A DNA stretch of 48,439 bases, the filler included, from Syntrophales bacterium (lineage in GTDB: Bacteria > Desulfobacterota > Syntrophia > Syntrophales > UBA4778), in NCBI GenBank assembly GCA_963665615.2. It is 2 parts of 2 records of this genome, joined end to end, with 100 filler letters (N's around TTAATTAATTAA, not from the genome) between each part and the next. Parts side by side here need not be neighbours in the genome. Positions count along the whole stretch, not along the records: positions 25,289 to 48,439 come from CAXXQE010000003.1; 1 more part is not named here. One strand, given 5' to 3'. The notes below the pieces were generated by a model that saw nothing but the letters and a program-made list of their open reading frames with translations, was not told where the DNA came from and did not search any database. The position numbers were made by a program, and so were the translations under genes. Position 1 is the first letter of the stretch, and every line of letters starts with the position of its first letter. Positions 32,001-39,941 of the stretch are shown here, piece after piece.

Positions 32001-32107
32001 GTTCCAGGCATGCCTTTTATTAGAAGTCGATAACCGTTACTTCCCTCAGTAGGAAACCAATGTGAGCCCATTATTTGCTGAAGGCTTAAGGCAGGAGATT
32101 TGTACAC
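29069..32107 (-). CDS. Tandem KaiC/RecA-like ATPase fused to a C-terminal solute-binding-protein-like domain
   Basis: Domain 1: GMPGTGKT, ILIDG, LEIEKMR. Domain 2: SGIQGLDRILGG, AEPGTDK, VVDGIS, LTKSR. C-terminus: YSLPLYAD.GVL, PPKSWDEM, IAPLP, YSLGI...PETAFMFI, RGLP. Confidence 0.8.
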   Translation of the reverse strand: MYKSPALSLQQIMGSHWFPTEGSNGYRLLIKGMPGTGKTTLGLHLLNYHLGRIGALKANELSHGLIVYFQEPPQELDCIAARFGLDFHDHIPDTQFVCAEEFEHDFPFISSWIANRDINSELCILIDGMTILKMSDSVRIHKFIISLFTKIIRSKLLLIVIAEEEITAIDNYFGHMADAVFNLTVDAAVQRHRFLEIEKMRYLDHVRGKHGFEMFKLSTETTSIFQIYPRIPTYSACSSICAQDHCNASRFHSGIQGLDRILGGNPEQGSLEEGDVLVVTAEPGTDKLGMGLSFLSPLFNLSKPDIRVTERPKGAWVSFGHSSLLRSLYREPYSRRFPSILDKLSGRDKTANVSFFHHDRSNPAVHPDRIAFSLTKTLIALPNTTTRAVVDGISTLESEFSNPLESVNYIEWISQIIRNNNAIGLIFIDLPSAFTRLGNLLMHWSEEADFIGHLRWFEINNQLSMTFALTKSRYRNFISLPHHISQVKEEQADHTMFLEDRGWPMVSMLSGQMDQIHEAKVFLKIFDQNYSSRSIHEPILGDFKLRYSSDQIFAHVFRGNPSPKHWSFRGYAGAGHSNTKVVCFKQYIIEVLKDDRRLISFPKEELDKYPLHTKSSLPPREYIESRSYSLWGLSQRYSAASQESDHSYSLPLYADLGVLCCQINKGQLSRKAAREQSIALSLDESVPKCPPKSWDEMFKLNETFKALKKRPKHDSSKPVWLHPPWIENLFAIPSLMTDIHCFFSFFLEILFDFMGSDVTLIKQSLSSIDGLKGMIASESFDNTVILLRRLVQEGVSKSPLEKVHYHNAYFSRRWFSMIDQYPVNDPKIPDIEKYLLPRSDPVFSENKNLKDRLEFSIAPLPTSDPSNSSGVSCLDFYSLGIIRGALAPETAFMFISELATGNADITRFQQRRGLPILRENWACHQDLEERILDRAIIDRILDDERYFSTFWIPNYWYIESNLNEWSRRMFIKSSQSSYQSNCNTDVSPFLASISELKDDLIQIIDRFGGDHK

Positions 32108-32121
32108 GGTATCCCCCTAAG

Positions 32122-32754
32122 TTAAGGTATTGTCTTGGTAGATAAGTTTTTTACGAGGACATAGTTTGGACCCATGCCAATGCCAGTCATGCTGTTAATT
32201 TGAAGATCCATTCGTTGCCAAATAGCGGAAGACATGCAATGGAGAGGAAGATCTACATTAAGCGGCTTGCTAGGGTTGATATTCAATATCTCTCCAGGAG
32301 AGAGGATAGTGGCATCGGTGAACCGTGGGGAGGCAAATTCAATACTGCCAACATGCGCTCGGAGGTGAATCATGGTCTGCTCAAGCTTCCCGATGTGGTC
32401 AGATCCTGTTACTAGCTCGATGTCACCGTAGTCCGGACCCATGGGTGACAAATAATCACGTAGAATGTCACTGTAATCATCATAAATCGATTCAAAAAGA
32501 ACAGTGTCGATATTTTGGTGTAAAAATGAGAGGTAAAATGATTGAAAGACGAGAAAAGCTCTCTCGGCATCTCTCTGAAGGATCAGATTGTTCTCGTTAG
32601 ATCGACGAATGCTTCGTGATATAAACGAGAAGGTGTTTGCATTTGTATTTATCCATTTATGAAAATCAGAATAAGTAAGGCAAATTGGCGAATTCATGAT
32701 AAGCGCAAAACGCTCGGCACTAATCAATTCATTAGAATCAGAAGTTGTTTTCAT
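32122..32754 (-). CDS. Hypothetical protein, third gene of the island operon
   Basis: 210-aa ORF with GAGGAG RBS, overlapping the TIR gene by 17 nt. Confidence 0.7.
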   Translation of the reverse strand: MKTTSDSNELISAERFALIMNSPICLTYSDFHKWINTNANTFSFISRSIRRSNENNLILQRDAERAFLVFQSFYLSFLHQNIDTVLFESIYDDYSDILRDYLSPMGPDYGDIELVTGSDHIGKLEQTMIHLRAHVGSIEFASPRFTDATILSPGEILNINPSKPLNVDLPLHCMSSAIWQRMDLQINSMTGIGMGPNYVLVKNLSTKTIP

Positions 32755-34015
32755 CCAGTTTCTTCTCCTCGGCTGTTCTTGGCCAAATGCGAATTGTATC
32801 TACTTCAACCTTATTGTGTGGAAATTGCTGTTCCATGATGGCTGAGATTGCTATAGCTAGTTTGGAAATGTTGTCAATTTTATTTAAGTGGTTGGTAATA
32901 TGTTCATGAATTTCTGTATATAGGATACTTCCTAATTCATTGAGAACAATAGTCATCTCACGAGAAAATAATAAGGCCTTATGGAGCGATTTTCTTGACT
33001 CTTTGTCAAATATGGTTAGGCTATGGTCATATTTTTCTTGATGCTCTAGAGACTCGTCTAGCCACTTGATAAAACTATCGAGGTGTAACATGATGCTATT
33101 TGCGGAACCTATTCCCTGGAATTTGACTCCTCGCAATTGTTGTTTTCGTGCTACTTGAAGGCGATACTCCAAGAACTGTTTAAGCCTTTGAATTGGATCA
33201 AAGTCTTTTTCATCGGTTGTCCTAACAAGGTGTTCTTTCGAAAATGTTTTCATGAAAGATATGAGTTGATATAAATGTTCGGCCTTTATAAGGCGCAAAT
33301 CTTCATCTTTAGGGCTCCGTAATTGTTCAATTCTTGATATATAATATTCTATTCTAGAAAGACAATATTGAATTGTAAAGTGTTCCCGCATTGTGGTACG
33401 AATTCTCATCAGCTCGCTTCCAAAATGGTAAAGATTTTCTTTGTGGAAGCAGTTAACATTATGGTCATCGCATTTTAATAGTTGATGTATAGAGGCGATA
33501 TCATGCATTCGTTCAGTGAAGCCATAACTAATTTTAGTGGCAATTTCGTCAAAATTGTTATATATATTTATGTATGGAATTTGATTTTGGCTGAACGCAA
33601 CTGAGATAAAATCGCTTATGGCTGATTTGACTGTATCTATGCTATTGAATCTTTTGATAACATTGCCGAGAATGTTGGAGGGTAAATCGGTAACATCCTC
33701 ATGGGCAAGCATGAGAAGAGAGTTTGGCGATTTGATTCCGCACCAAAGGCCGATTTCGATCCATATATTTCCTGAACTTGAAGACGGGCGTGGATCTGGA
33801 GTTATGAGCGCAATGGCTATTTGGCAGTTAGCGAGAGTTCCTATAAGTTTCGCGTATAATATTTGGCCAAAAGCATTATTCCCATCATTAAGTGTGATGG
33901 GATCAAAATGCTTTTGAGTACTTAAATAGGAGACAGTCTCTTCTTTTAACGGAGAGCTGTTTTGGCCTTGGTATAAAATAAGTGCTTTGGGTCGCATCTT
34001 GGTGGCTGTAGTCAA
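32738..34015 (-). CDS. TIR-like (Cap12/Pycsar-effector-type) domain protein with a helical C-terminus
   Basis: KALILYQG, FDPITL, IAIALITPD, GNIWIEIGLW (putative catalytic Glu), LPSNILG. TTG start overlaps the upstream stop. Confidence 0.75.
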   Translation of the reverse strand: MTTATKMRPKALILYQGQNSSPLKEETVSYLSTQKHFDPITLNDGNNAFGQILYAKLIGTLANCQIAIALITPDPRPSSSSGNIWIEIGLWCGIKSPNSLLMLAHEDVTDLPSNILGNVIKRFNSIDTVKSAISDFISVAFSQNQIPYINIYNNFDEIATKISYGFTERMHDIASIHQLLKCDDHNVNCFHKENLYHFGSELMRIRTTMREHFTIQYCLSRIEYYISRIEQLRSPKDEDLRLIKAEHLYQLISFMKTFSKEHLVRTTDEKDFDPIQRLKQFLEYRLQVARKQQLRGVKFQGIGSANSIMLHLDSFIKWLDESLEHQEKYDHSLTIFDKESRKSLHKALLFSREMTIVLNELGSILYTEIHEHITNHLNKIDNISKLAIAISAIMEQQFPHNKVEVDTIRIWPRTAEEKKLDENNF

Positions 34016-34710
34016 AATTCTTCCTCCGTGCGTTTATGTATTCCATCCGATGAGATACGGTAATGCCAAGAGTTGTTTTGATTATTCCAGTAGCGTTCAA
34101 TTAATCCAAGCCATTCAAGTTCATGTAGCCTAAATCTAAACTCCTTGTAGCCACAATTGGGGATTAGTAATTTTGTGATATTCCAAATATGTTGAATGTG
34201 AGAATAGGTAATTGGAAAAGATCTCAAAAGGAGTCGTTGATTGTTGGATAGTCTGCGTATCCATTGTTCTCGTTTATTTTGCAATGATTCTATTAATGAG
34301 TCAAGTTGAGTATTTTTCGATATGTTAGCTTTTAACGAGGATAGCGACGAAAGGAGCTCTGTTAGCGTAAAGATTGAATCGTGGAGTTGGTCTAGTTGAC
34401 TGGAGAAATCATCAACGGAAAGTGTGATATCTTTTAAAAGACTGGTGTAGGCTGACATTGAAGATGTTTGCATTTCGATTGTCAATTCTCGTAATTTGTT
34501 GTCTAATGATTCAAAATCTATAGTAGGGATTGCATTTGAAATATTGACAGTATCATTGCTCGATAATGAGTCCACTCTCGCAATGATTTGAGCTTTGAAC
34601 TGTTCGTAAAATACCTCATCTATTATTGGGCCCAAAATCGGTATGGATTTCCATAAGCCCTTACCAAGATGGAACAGGAATTTGGAGATCTTTTCTTTAT
34701 CCGACTCCAT
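34012..34710 (-). CDS. Hypothetical protein: N-terminal amphipathic helix, coiled coil, C-terminal winged-helix-like motif
   Basis: KSIPILGPIIDEVF; heptad-rich middle; YKEFRFRLHELEWLGLIER...YRISSDG. Confidence 0.7.
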   Translation of the reverse strand: MESDKEKISKFLFHLGKGLWKSIPILGPIIDEVFYEQFKAQIIARVDSLSSNDTVNISNAIPTIDFESLDNKLRELTIEMQTSSMSAYTSLLKDITLSVDDFSSQLDQLHDSIFTLTELLSSLSSLKANISKNTQLDSLIESLQNKREQWIRRLSNNQRLLLRSFPITYSHIQHIWNITKLLIPNCGYKEFRFRLHELEWLGLIERYWNNQNNSWHYRISSDGIHKRTEEEF

Positions 34711-35563
34711 TTGGGTACCTTTGTGATATTAATAGTAAGCTGAATGGCTTCTGCCTTGATATGTGCATATTGGTATATTATAATAAACAATATAATAAAT
34801 AAGTGTGATGTCAAAGATAATGTAAATATGGAAGATTATTAAGTTGTTCGTGATGGGGGTGGATTGTAAGAACGATGTTTGCCGCGGAGTGACTGAAGAT
34901 GGTAGAGAAGGGAATGTAGGGAAATGATGACTAAGGCAGTGTGTAAATATTTGGTAATCTGGCTTGATTTTAGTAGAAGAGAACGTGATGATATAGGCGA
35001 TGAGCAGGGCTTGGCAGGTGGAAAGTATATTTTGGCGAAATACGGATTCAAAGTTTTGTAAAGCGATACGGGAGGGGCGAATGTGCGGGCTGATGAGTTG
35101 TTGGGGGAGCACGGGTAGTGAGGGATACAGTTGAGCGGAAAGAAAGGCGGCCGGTTTCATTGGGTGGTGGTCGAAGTGGGATTTCGAAACGAGCGGCACA
35201 TGTAAACATATCGCTCGATGAAAGAGCAGTTCAGACGATGGCATGATCGAAGACTCCTCTCGGCGGAAGGAACGAGCTTGAAACGCACCCAATGGGAATT
35301 AGAAAGAGCTAATGTGCCAGGCTAGCCTTTTTTTTAAATTTAGTACAATACAATCTTTTGAGTGTAAAGACATATTTTGAAGAATTTGAAGTGGACTTGA
35401 TTGTTTTTTTTGGCGGGTATGATGATCCAAATTGATAAAGAGCTCAGAATCTGATGAGTGACGCAAGGCCGTGATAGTGATTTGAAGGTATGTATGGGGA
35501 AACCGGTGCAGGCTCGGAGATCAGGAGATCTGAAGAGATCTGAGGTAAGTGATTAAGGTGACT

Positions 35564-35618
35564 CGTCAGCCTGGACGACGTCGACTTTGCTTCTGGACGT
35601 GTTCCGAAAGGTGATGGG
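35564..35618 (+). repeat. Direct repeat copy 2 (degenerate ltaE 3' end)
   Basis: CGTCAGCCTGGACGACGTCGACTTTGCTTCTGGACGTGTTCCGAAAGGTGATGGG; about 5 substitutions and 1 indel relative to copy 1. Confidence 0.9.
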
Positions 35619-35911
35619 CCGATTGGCGCATGAAAGGCTGGCGCAATAGACGCTAATGTATGGTCGGCACAGATTTATCGTGTGCACGATTCTTGATTGC
35701 TTGTATTTTGCGTTTCGCTGTTACATGAAAACAGCGGCTCGCGCGGAAGTCTAAAGGGCTATGTCGTTGAGAGGAGTGCGTATAATTTCGAAGAATTAGA
35801 AATGGTGGTCACGATGTACGCGCACCCACCCTACCGGGCTTTTCAGCACTTGACCGTCGTTCGAAAGTTACTTGTCAGGATTGACTGCTCAGGGCTACGA
35901 CGAGGACCGAC

Positions 35912-36970
35912 TTGAGAATCGAAATCCCGTTTCTGATTTTCGAGGCGACGCAATCCTGTAATCTCAACTGTCGCTACTGCTATAATCACTGGAAGCGATC
36001 CGGAAGCCCTCCGGCGCATCCGGTTACGTACACTGACGCAAGAAGGACACTGGGCCGCCTCCTTCGCTCTGCGAATGTCCGGAACATTGCGTTCTCCGGT
36101 GGGGAACCCCTGCTTCTCGACGGAGTCGAAGAGTTGGTACTCTTCTGCCGACTCAAGGGCAAGACGGTGACGGTCATTACCAATGGTACGGCCGCCAAAG
36201 AAGGGCAGTATCGCACCTTGGTGGAACTGGGTGTTTCGCTTTTTGAAATTCCCATCCATTCCAGCTCTGCGACTCCCCACGATTTCATGACCCGCTGTGC
36301 CGGATCGTGGGCGAAAGCCGTCCGCTCCGCCGAACAGCTTACCCGCTCAAACATAGAACTTGCCGCTGTCATCGTCCTCTGTGGGCATAACATCGATGAA
36401 CTGTCCGATACTCTGGCGTTTATCCGGAAGTTGGGGATCAGAAGAATCATGCTCAACCGGTTCAATGTCGGTGGTGCGGGAATCCGGGAGGCGGATGCTC
36501 TTATGGTCTCGCCCGGGCGGTTGCGGAAGGCGTTTGAGACTGCCGACAATCTGGCGGGTGTTCTGGATTTGGAGATCACCTCAAACGTATGTACTCCCTT
36601 TTGTGTTCTAAATCCCTCCCGGTTCCCCCGCGTGGGTTTCACATCCTGTGCGGTGGGAATGCCACACGGTCCGCTGACAGTCGATGCTTTTGGATATGTA
36701 CGCCTGTGCAATCACTCACCCAAATCTTTGGGCAACATCCATGAGGACCTGCTGGCGCGAATCATCGCGTGCGAGTATGCGGAAGAGTGGAGATCCACGA
36801 TCCCGCATGAGTGCGCAGCGTGTCGTTACGCTGCTCGGTGCCGCGGCGGCTGCCGCGCTGCCGCGGAACAGTGTGGACTGACAATCCACAGTCCAGACCC
36901 GGTCGTGAATATGAGAGAATGGGAAGAAACCATACCCTTTGAAGGGAAAGGATGCGCATTCGAGCCATGA
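35912..36970 (+). CDS. Radical SAM/SPASM-domain enzyme
   Basis: CNLNCRYC, FSGGEP, ITNG. SPASM cysteines CAVG...RLC...CAAC....CRGGC. GAGGA RBS before TTG. Confidence 0.92.
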   Translation: MRIEIPFLIFEATQSCNLNCRYCYNHWKRSGSPPAHPVTYTDARRTLGRLLRSANVRNIAFSGGEPLLLDGVEELVLFCRLKGKTVTVITNGTAAKEGQYRTLVELGVSLFEIPIHSSSATPHDFMTRCAGSWAKAVRSAEQLTRSNIELAAVIVLCGHNIDELSDTLAFIRKLGIRRIMLNRFNVGGAGIREADALMVSPGRLRKAFETADNLAGVLDLEITSNVCTPFCVLNPSRFPRVGFTSCAVGMPHGPLTVDAFGYVRLCNHSPKSLGNIHEDLLARIIACEYAEEWRSTIPHECAACRYAARCRGGCRAAAEQCGLTIHSPDPVVNMREWEETIPFEGKGCAFEP

Positions 36971-37491
36971 AAGAGGACGTCGCCAGGTATATGACGGTTG
37001 GTACGGTTGCCGTGGCTTTTGCCGGTGTCTCGTTCCTTGTTTGGATTACAAGAAGACATCCTTACTGGGTGAAGAAGAAACTCTCAATTGGTGCGTTGCT
37101 TCTGAGTCTCACTGCCGTAACAACGGGAGGCTGCACATCGGTGCATGCGTGCTACGCGCCGGTTCCGGCTCATGTGAGCGATAGTGCTAAAGTCAGCCTG
37201 TCTTCGCCGGGAGTGACGGGGGGATCTGGACTGGCATCTGCGGCAAAATATCTTCGCCTGGCTGGATTTGAAGTCGGGTCAATGGAGAGAGAATGGCTTT
37301 CGGCCAGGAAGCGCAGCACTCAGGGCTATGAAAGCAGTGTGGATATCCGGAGCCTTCAAGATGGCACTGTGGAAATCATAGCGAAGACTTGGGCTGATCC
37401 CAAAGATTCGAAGGCACGCGATTGCAACAGGAATATCCTCTCGGATGCTCTTCAGGCGTTGACACGTGCTGCGAATGGATGCGAGCAGTAA
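36967..37491 (+). CDS. Membrane-anchored, lipoprotein-like partner of the radical SAM enzyme
   Basis: ATGA overlap with the rSAM gene. TM helix, KKKLSIGALLLSLTAVTTGGC, then ACYAPVP. Confidence 0.75.
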   Translation: MKEDVARYMTVGTVAVAFAGVSFLVWITRRHPYWVKKKLSIGALLLSLTAVTTGGCTSVHACYAPVPAHVSDSAKVSLSSPGVTGGSGLASAAKYLRLAGFEVGSMEREWLSARKRSTQGYESSVDIRSLQDGTVEIIAKTWADPKDSKARDCNRNILSDALQALTRAANGCEQ

Positions 37492-37876
37492 TAGGCTGAT
37501 CGGCGGGCATCGTTTCGGTCGCCTGCTCAAGGTGGGGGTCATTCTTTTTCGACAGCCCGCTCCGCCCGGATGAGCCGCTCGGGATAAATCCATTCCAGCA
37601 GCGGGGTTGTCATAAAAGTGGTGACGAGCGCCATCAGCACCATCATGGCAAATATGGTGGGAGAGATGACGCCGATATCGAGTCCCACATTCAGGATAAC
37701 CAATTCCATAAGCCCCCGCGTGTTCATGAGCACGCCGAGAGCGCCGGCTTCGCGCCATTCCATCCCGGTAAGCCTGGCGGCAATCGTCGAACCTGCCAGC
37801 TTGCCCGCAATCGCCACCGCGGTAATCAACGCGCATATCGCCCAAAGCTGCCAGCCCCCGAGCAAACCGACACTAG

Positions 37877-39941
37877 CCTGGATTTCCACGGAGGACAAAT
37901 CAGCTAACATGGGGGGCCTGAAGGAGTAGTCGGGCACCGTTCCACCAAGGGACGGCAGGTGTTTCCGCAAGGAGGTCTGAGGCCAGCAGGATAGGAAGAT
38001 GGGCTCGGCGGTGGAAAGTCACACATACTTGGGATGGCGTGACCTTGACGGTGGCGGGCAGGTCGATCAAGTCACGGAAAACCTGGCGCGCTTGGGCGTC
38101 GGCGTAGCCCCGCATGCGTTTGGCGAGGCGCCGATAGAGCCCGCTTGCCACCACGAGGAGCGCGAGATCGAAGTCCACTTTGAGTGCGACCGCGGATGAG
38201 AGTGCATTCATGTGGAAGAACCGGACGGCGTCCGAGAGGGCATTTTCGATGAGCATCCTTTGCGCATAGCGGGTGATGAGCCGCTTGATGGTTTTTGTTC
38301 GCTGATTGGTCAGAAGGATAGTGGGCTCCTCATGGCCGAGGTCCTCGATAAAGAGTTGGCGCAGGGGGCATTTTGTAATGGTGACGGTCTGCTCGAACAC
38401 GCGCGGAGCGCGGAATTTTCTGGTGACATGCTCAAGAGGGACGATGCGCCAGGCGGAAGGAGGAAGCGCCTTTATTTCGTCGAGCAGACGTTTGTCGCGA
38501 CGACGCAAGGTGATAAAAGGCACACCGAGGGAGTCGAGGCGCGCGAGGCCGGCGTAAGTGGTGAGTTTGGAGTCGAAGACCAACTCGCGGGGGAGTGCGC
38601 CGGCATGATGTTCTTTCCAGAAGTCAATGAAACGGAAGACCTCTTCGGCCTCCTCGCCTTTGCGCAAGTCGGCGTTGGAGTAGCAAAAGACATTGGAATC
38701 GGCGTCCTGAGCGAGGAAGGCAAGGATGCTCGGTTGCCGCCGCGAGCGCATGGCGACGAAGTGCTTCTCGACGACCGGGTGCTCACCACCGTAAGGAAGG
38801 GAGTGGAAGTCGAGATTGATCGACTCGCCGGTGACGATTTCCGAGCCGGCGAGCTTGTCTTGCCAGGCGCCGAGCAGTCGGAGCGTATGGCGGCGCTCAA
38901 GGCGATGGGAGTATTCGGAGAGGAAGCTCTTTTTGGGGATTACGTTCAGCCCTGCGAAAAGCGCGAGCCCTGAGTCTGCAGCCAGCGACATGACGTGGCT
39001 CTTACGTTCGATTGACCAGAGTTTGAGGGCGAGCGTCGAGAGCAGCGCACGGGAGGCCGGAATCGACTTGGAGCCGGGAAGCCCGACCGCTGTGGCGAGT
39101 TCGGGGAGATTGAGTTTGACCAAGTCGGGTATGAAGAGAAAGAGCCCGCCGCACTGGGTGGTGAACTCGCGTTCCTCGAGCGAGAACATGCGAACGTTGG
39201 CAACCGGCTGGACAGCAGGCCCGCAGCGAGCAGGGCGCTCTTCATCGAGTCGTCTCGGCAAAGGAGCGAAGCCTTCTTCGCGCAATATGTCCCGAATGGC
39301 GGCAGGGGTCACCTTTTTGCCGCTCTCGGCCAAAGCGTTGCTGATGTCATAAATGGAGTAGTTTTTCTTGCGCAAGGCGATGACCTGTTCGCGCACGGGA
39401 TCGTGATGGCGCAGGCCGGGAGGGCGGCCAACGGAAGTGAGCAGGAAGAATTCCCTCGCCGGCGGGTTGTTGCGGAAATGAGAGCAAAGCACACGGAAGG
39501 CGCCCGGCGAGTACCCGAAAGCGCGGGCAGCCTCCTCCGAAGACTTGCCCTCGACGAAGTAGGCGCGCAGCGCCTCGTACTGGCGTTGGCGAGGAGAGCC
39601 AGGCTTGAGAAAAAAGGAAGCGAGGTCTGTTAGTGTATTTTCGTTATCTATCGTCATATTTTTACATTACTACATTGCCCTTTTGAGGTCAAGGACGTAT
39701 TCTGGAAGGGAAGCTGAACGTATGCGGATAAAGGCTATAGTCACTGGTTATTTCGTAACTTTTTCTTAGAGGTGCGTGGCGGAGTGCTCTTCGGCCAAAG
39801 CAAAGGAACCACCTGATAATGAGGAGGGATCGGTGACAGAAATTACTAACATTTGGATGCCCGCGAACGACGGGTCTGCCTTCCAGGTTTAAACAGGAAA
39901 GGTGCTACGCGTTAAACGTTTGCGCTCCGTGGAAATCCAGG
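37877..39941 (-). mobile_element. Intact IS element, IS1380-like (IS4 superfamily DDE)
   Basis: 17-bp perfect TIR CCTGGATTTCCACGGAG (37877-37893, 39925-39941). CTAG target duplication (37873-37876, 39942-39945). Confidence 0.9.
37900..39657 (-). CDS. DDE transposase, 585 aa, with N-terminal HTH motifs
   Basis: INLDFH, VFDSK, RYAQRMLIEN. Lies inside the TIRs. Confidence 0.88.
   Translation of the reverse strand: MTIDNENTLTDLASFFLKPGSPRQRQYEALRAYFVEGKSSEEAARAFGYSPGAFRVLCSHFRNNPPAREFFLLTSVGRPPGLRHHDPVREQVIALRKKNYSIYDISNALAESGKKVTPAAIRDILREEGFAPLPRRLDEERPARCGPAVQPVANVRMFSLEEREFTTQCGGLFLFIPDLVKLNLPELATAVGLPGSKSIPASRALLSTLALKLWSIERKSHVMSLAADSGLALFAGLNVIPKKSFLSEYSHRLERRHTLRLLGAWQDKLAGSEIVTGESINLDFHSLPYGGEHPVVEKHFVAMRSRRQPSILAFLAQDADSNVFCYSNADLRKGEEAEEVFRFIDFWKEHHAGALPRELVFDSKLTTYAGLARLDSLGVPFITLRRRDKRLLDEIKALPPSAWRIVPLEHVTRKFRAPRVFEQTVTITKCPLRQLFIEDLGHEEPTILLTNQRTKTIKRLITRYAQRMLIENALSDAVRFFHMNALSSAVALKVDFDLALLVVASGLYRRLAKRMRGYADAQARQVFRDLIDLPATVKVTPSQVCVTFHRRAHLPILLASDLLAETPAVPWWNGARLLLQAPHVS

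Larger units (their letters stand above)
29007..35563. mobile_element. AT-rich genomic island between duplicated ltaE 3' ends
   Basis: Abrupt drop in GC relative to ltaE and bioB, flanked by the direct repeats. No integrase inside. Confidence 0.75.

Noticed and set aside
29069..32107. Circadian kaiC
   Set aside because: No kaiA or kaiB, degenerate second P-loop, and a large extra domain.
32738..34015. Assignment to CBASS, Pycsar or Thoeris
   Set aside because: No cyclase, SIR2/SLOG or macrodomain partner is recognisable in the island.
34729..35292. 187-aa minus-strand ORF upstream of the island operon
   Set aside because: Biased composition, no motifs and no clear RBS; probably non-coding or decayed island DNA.
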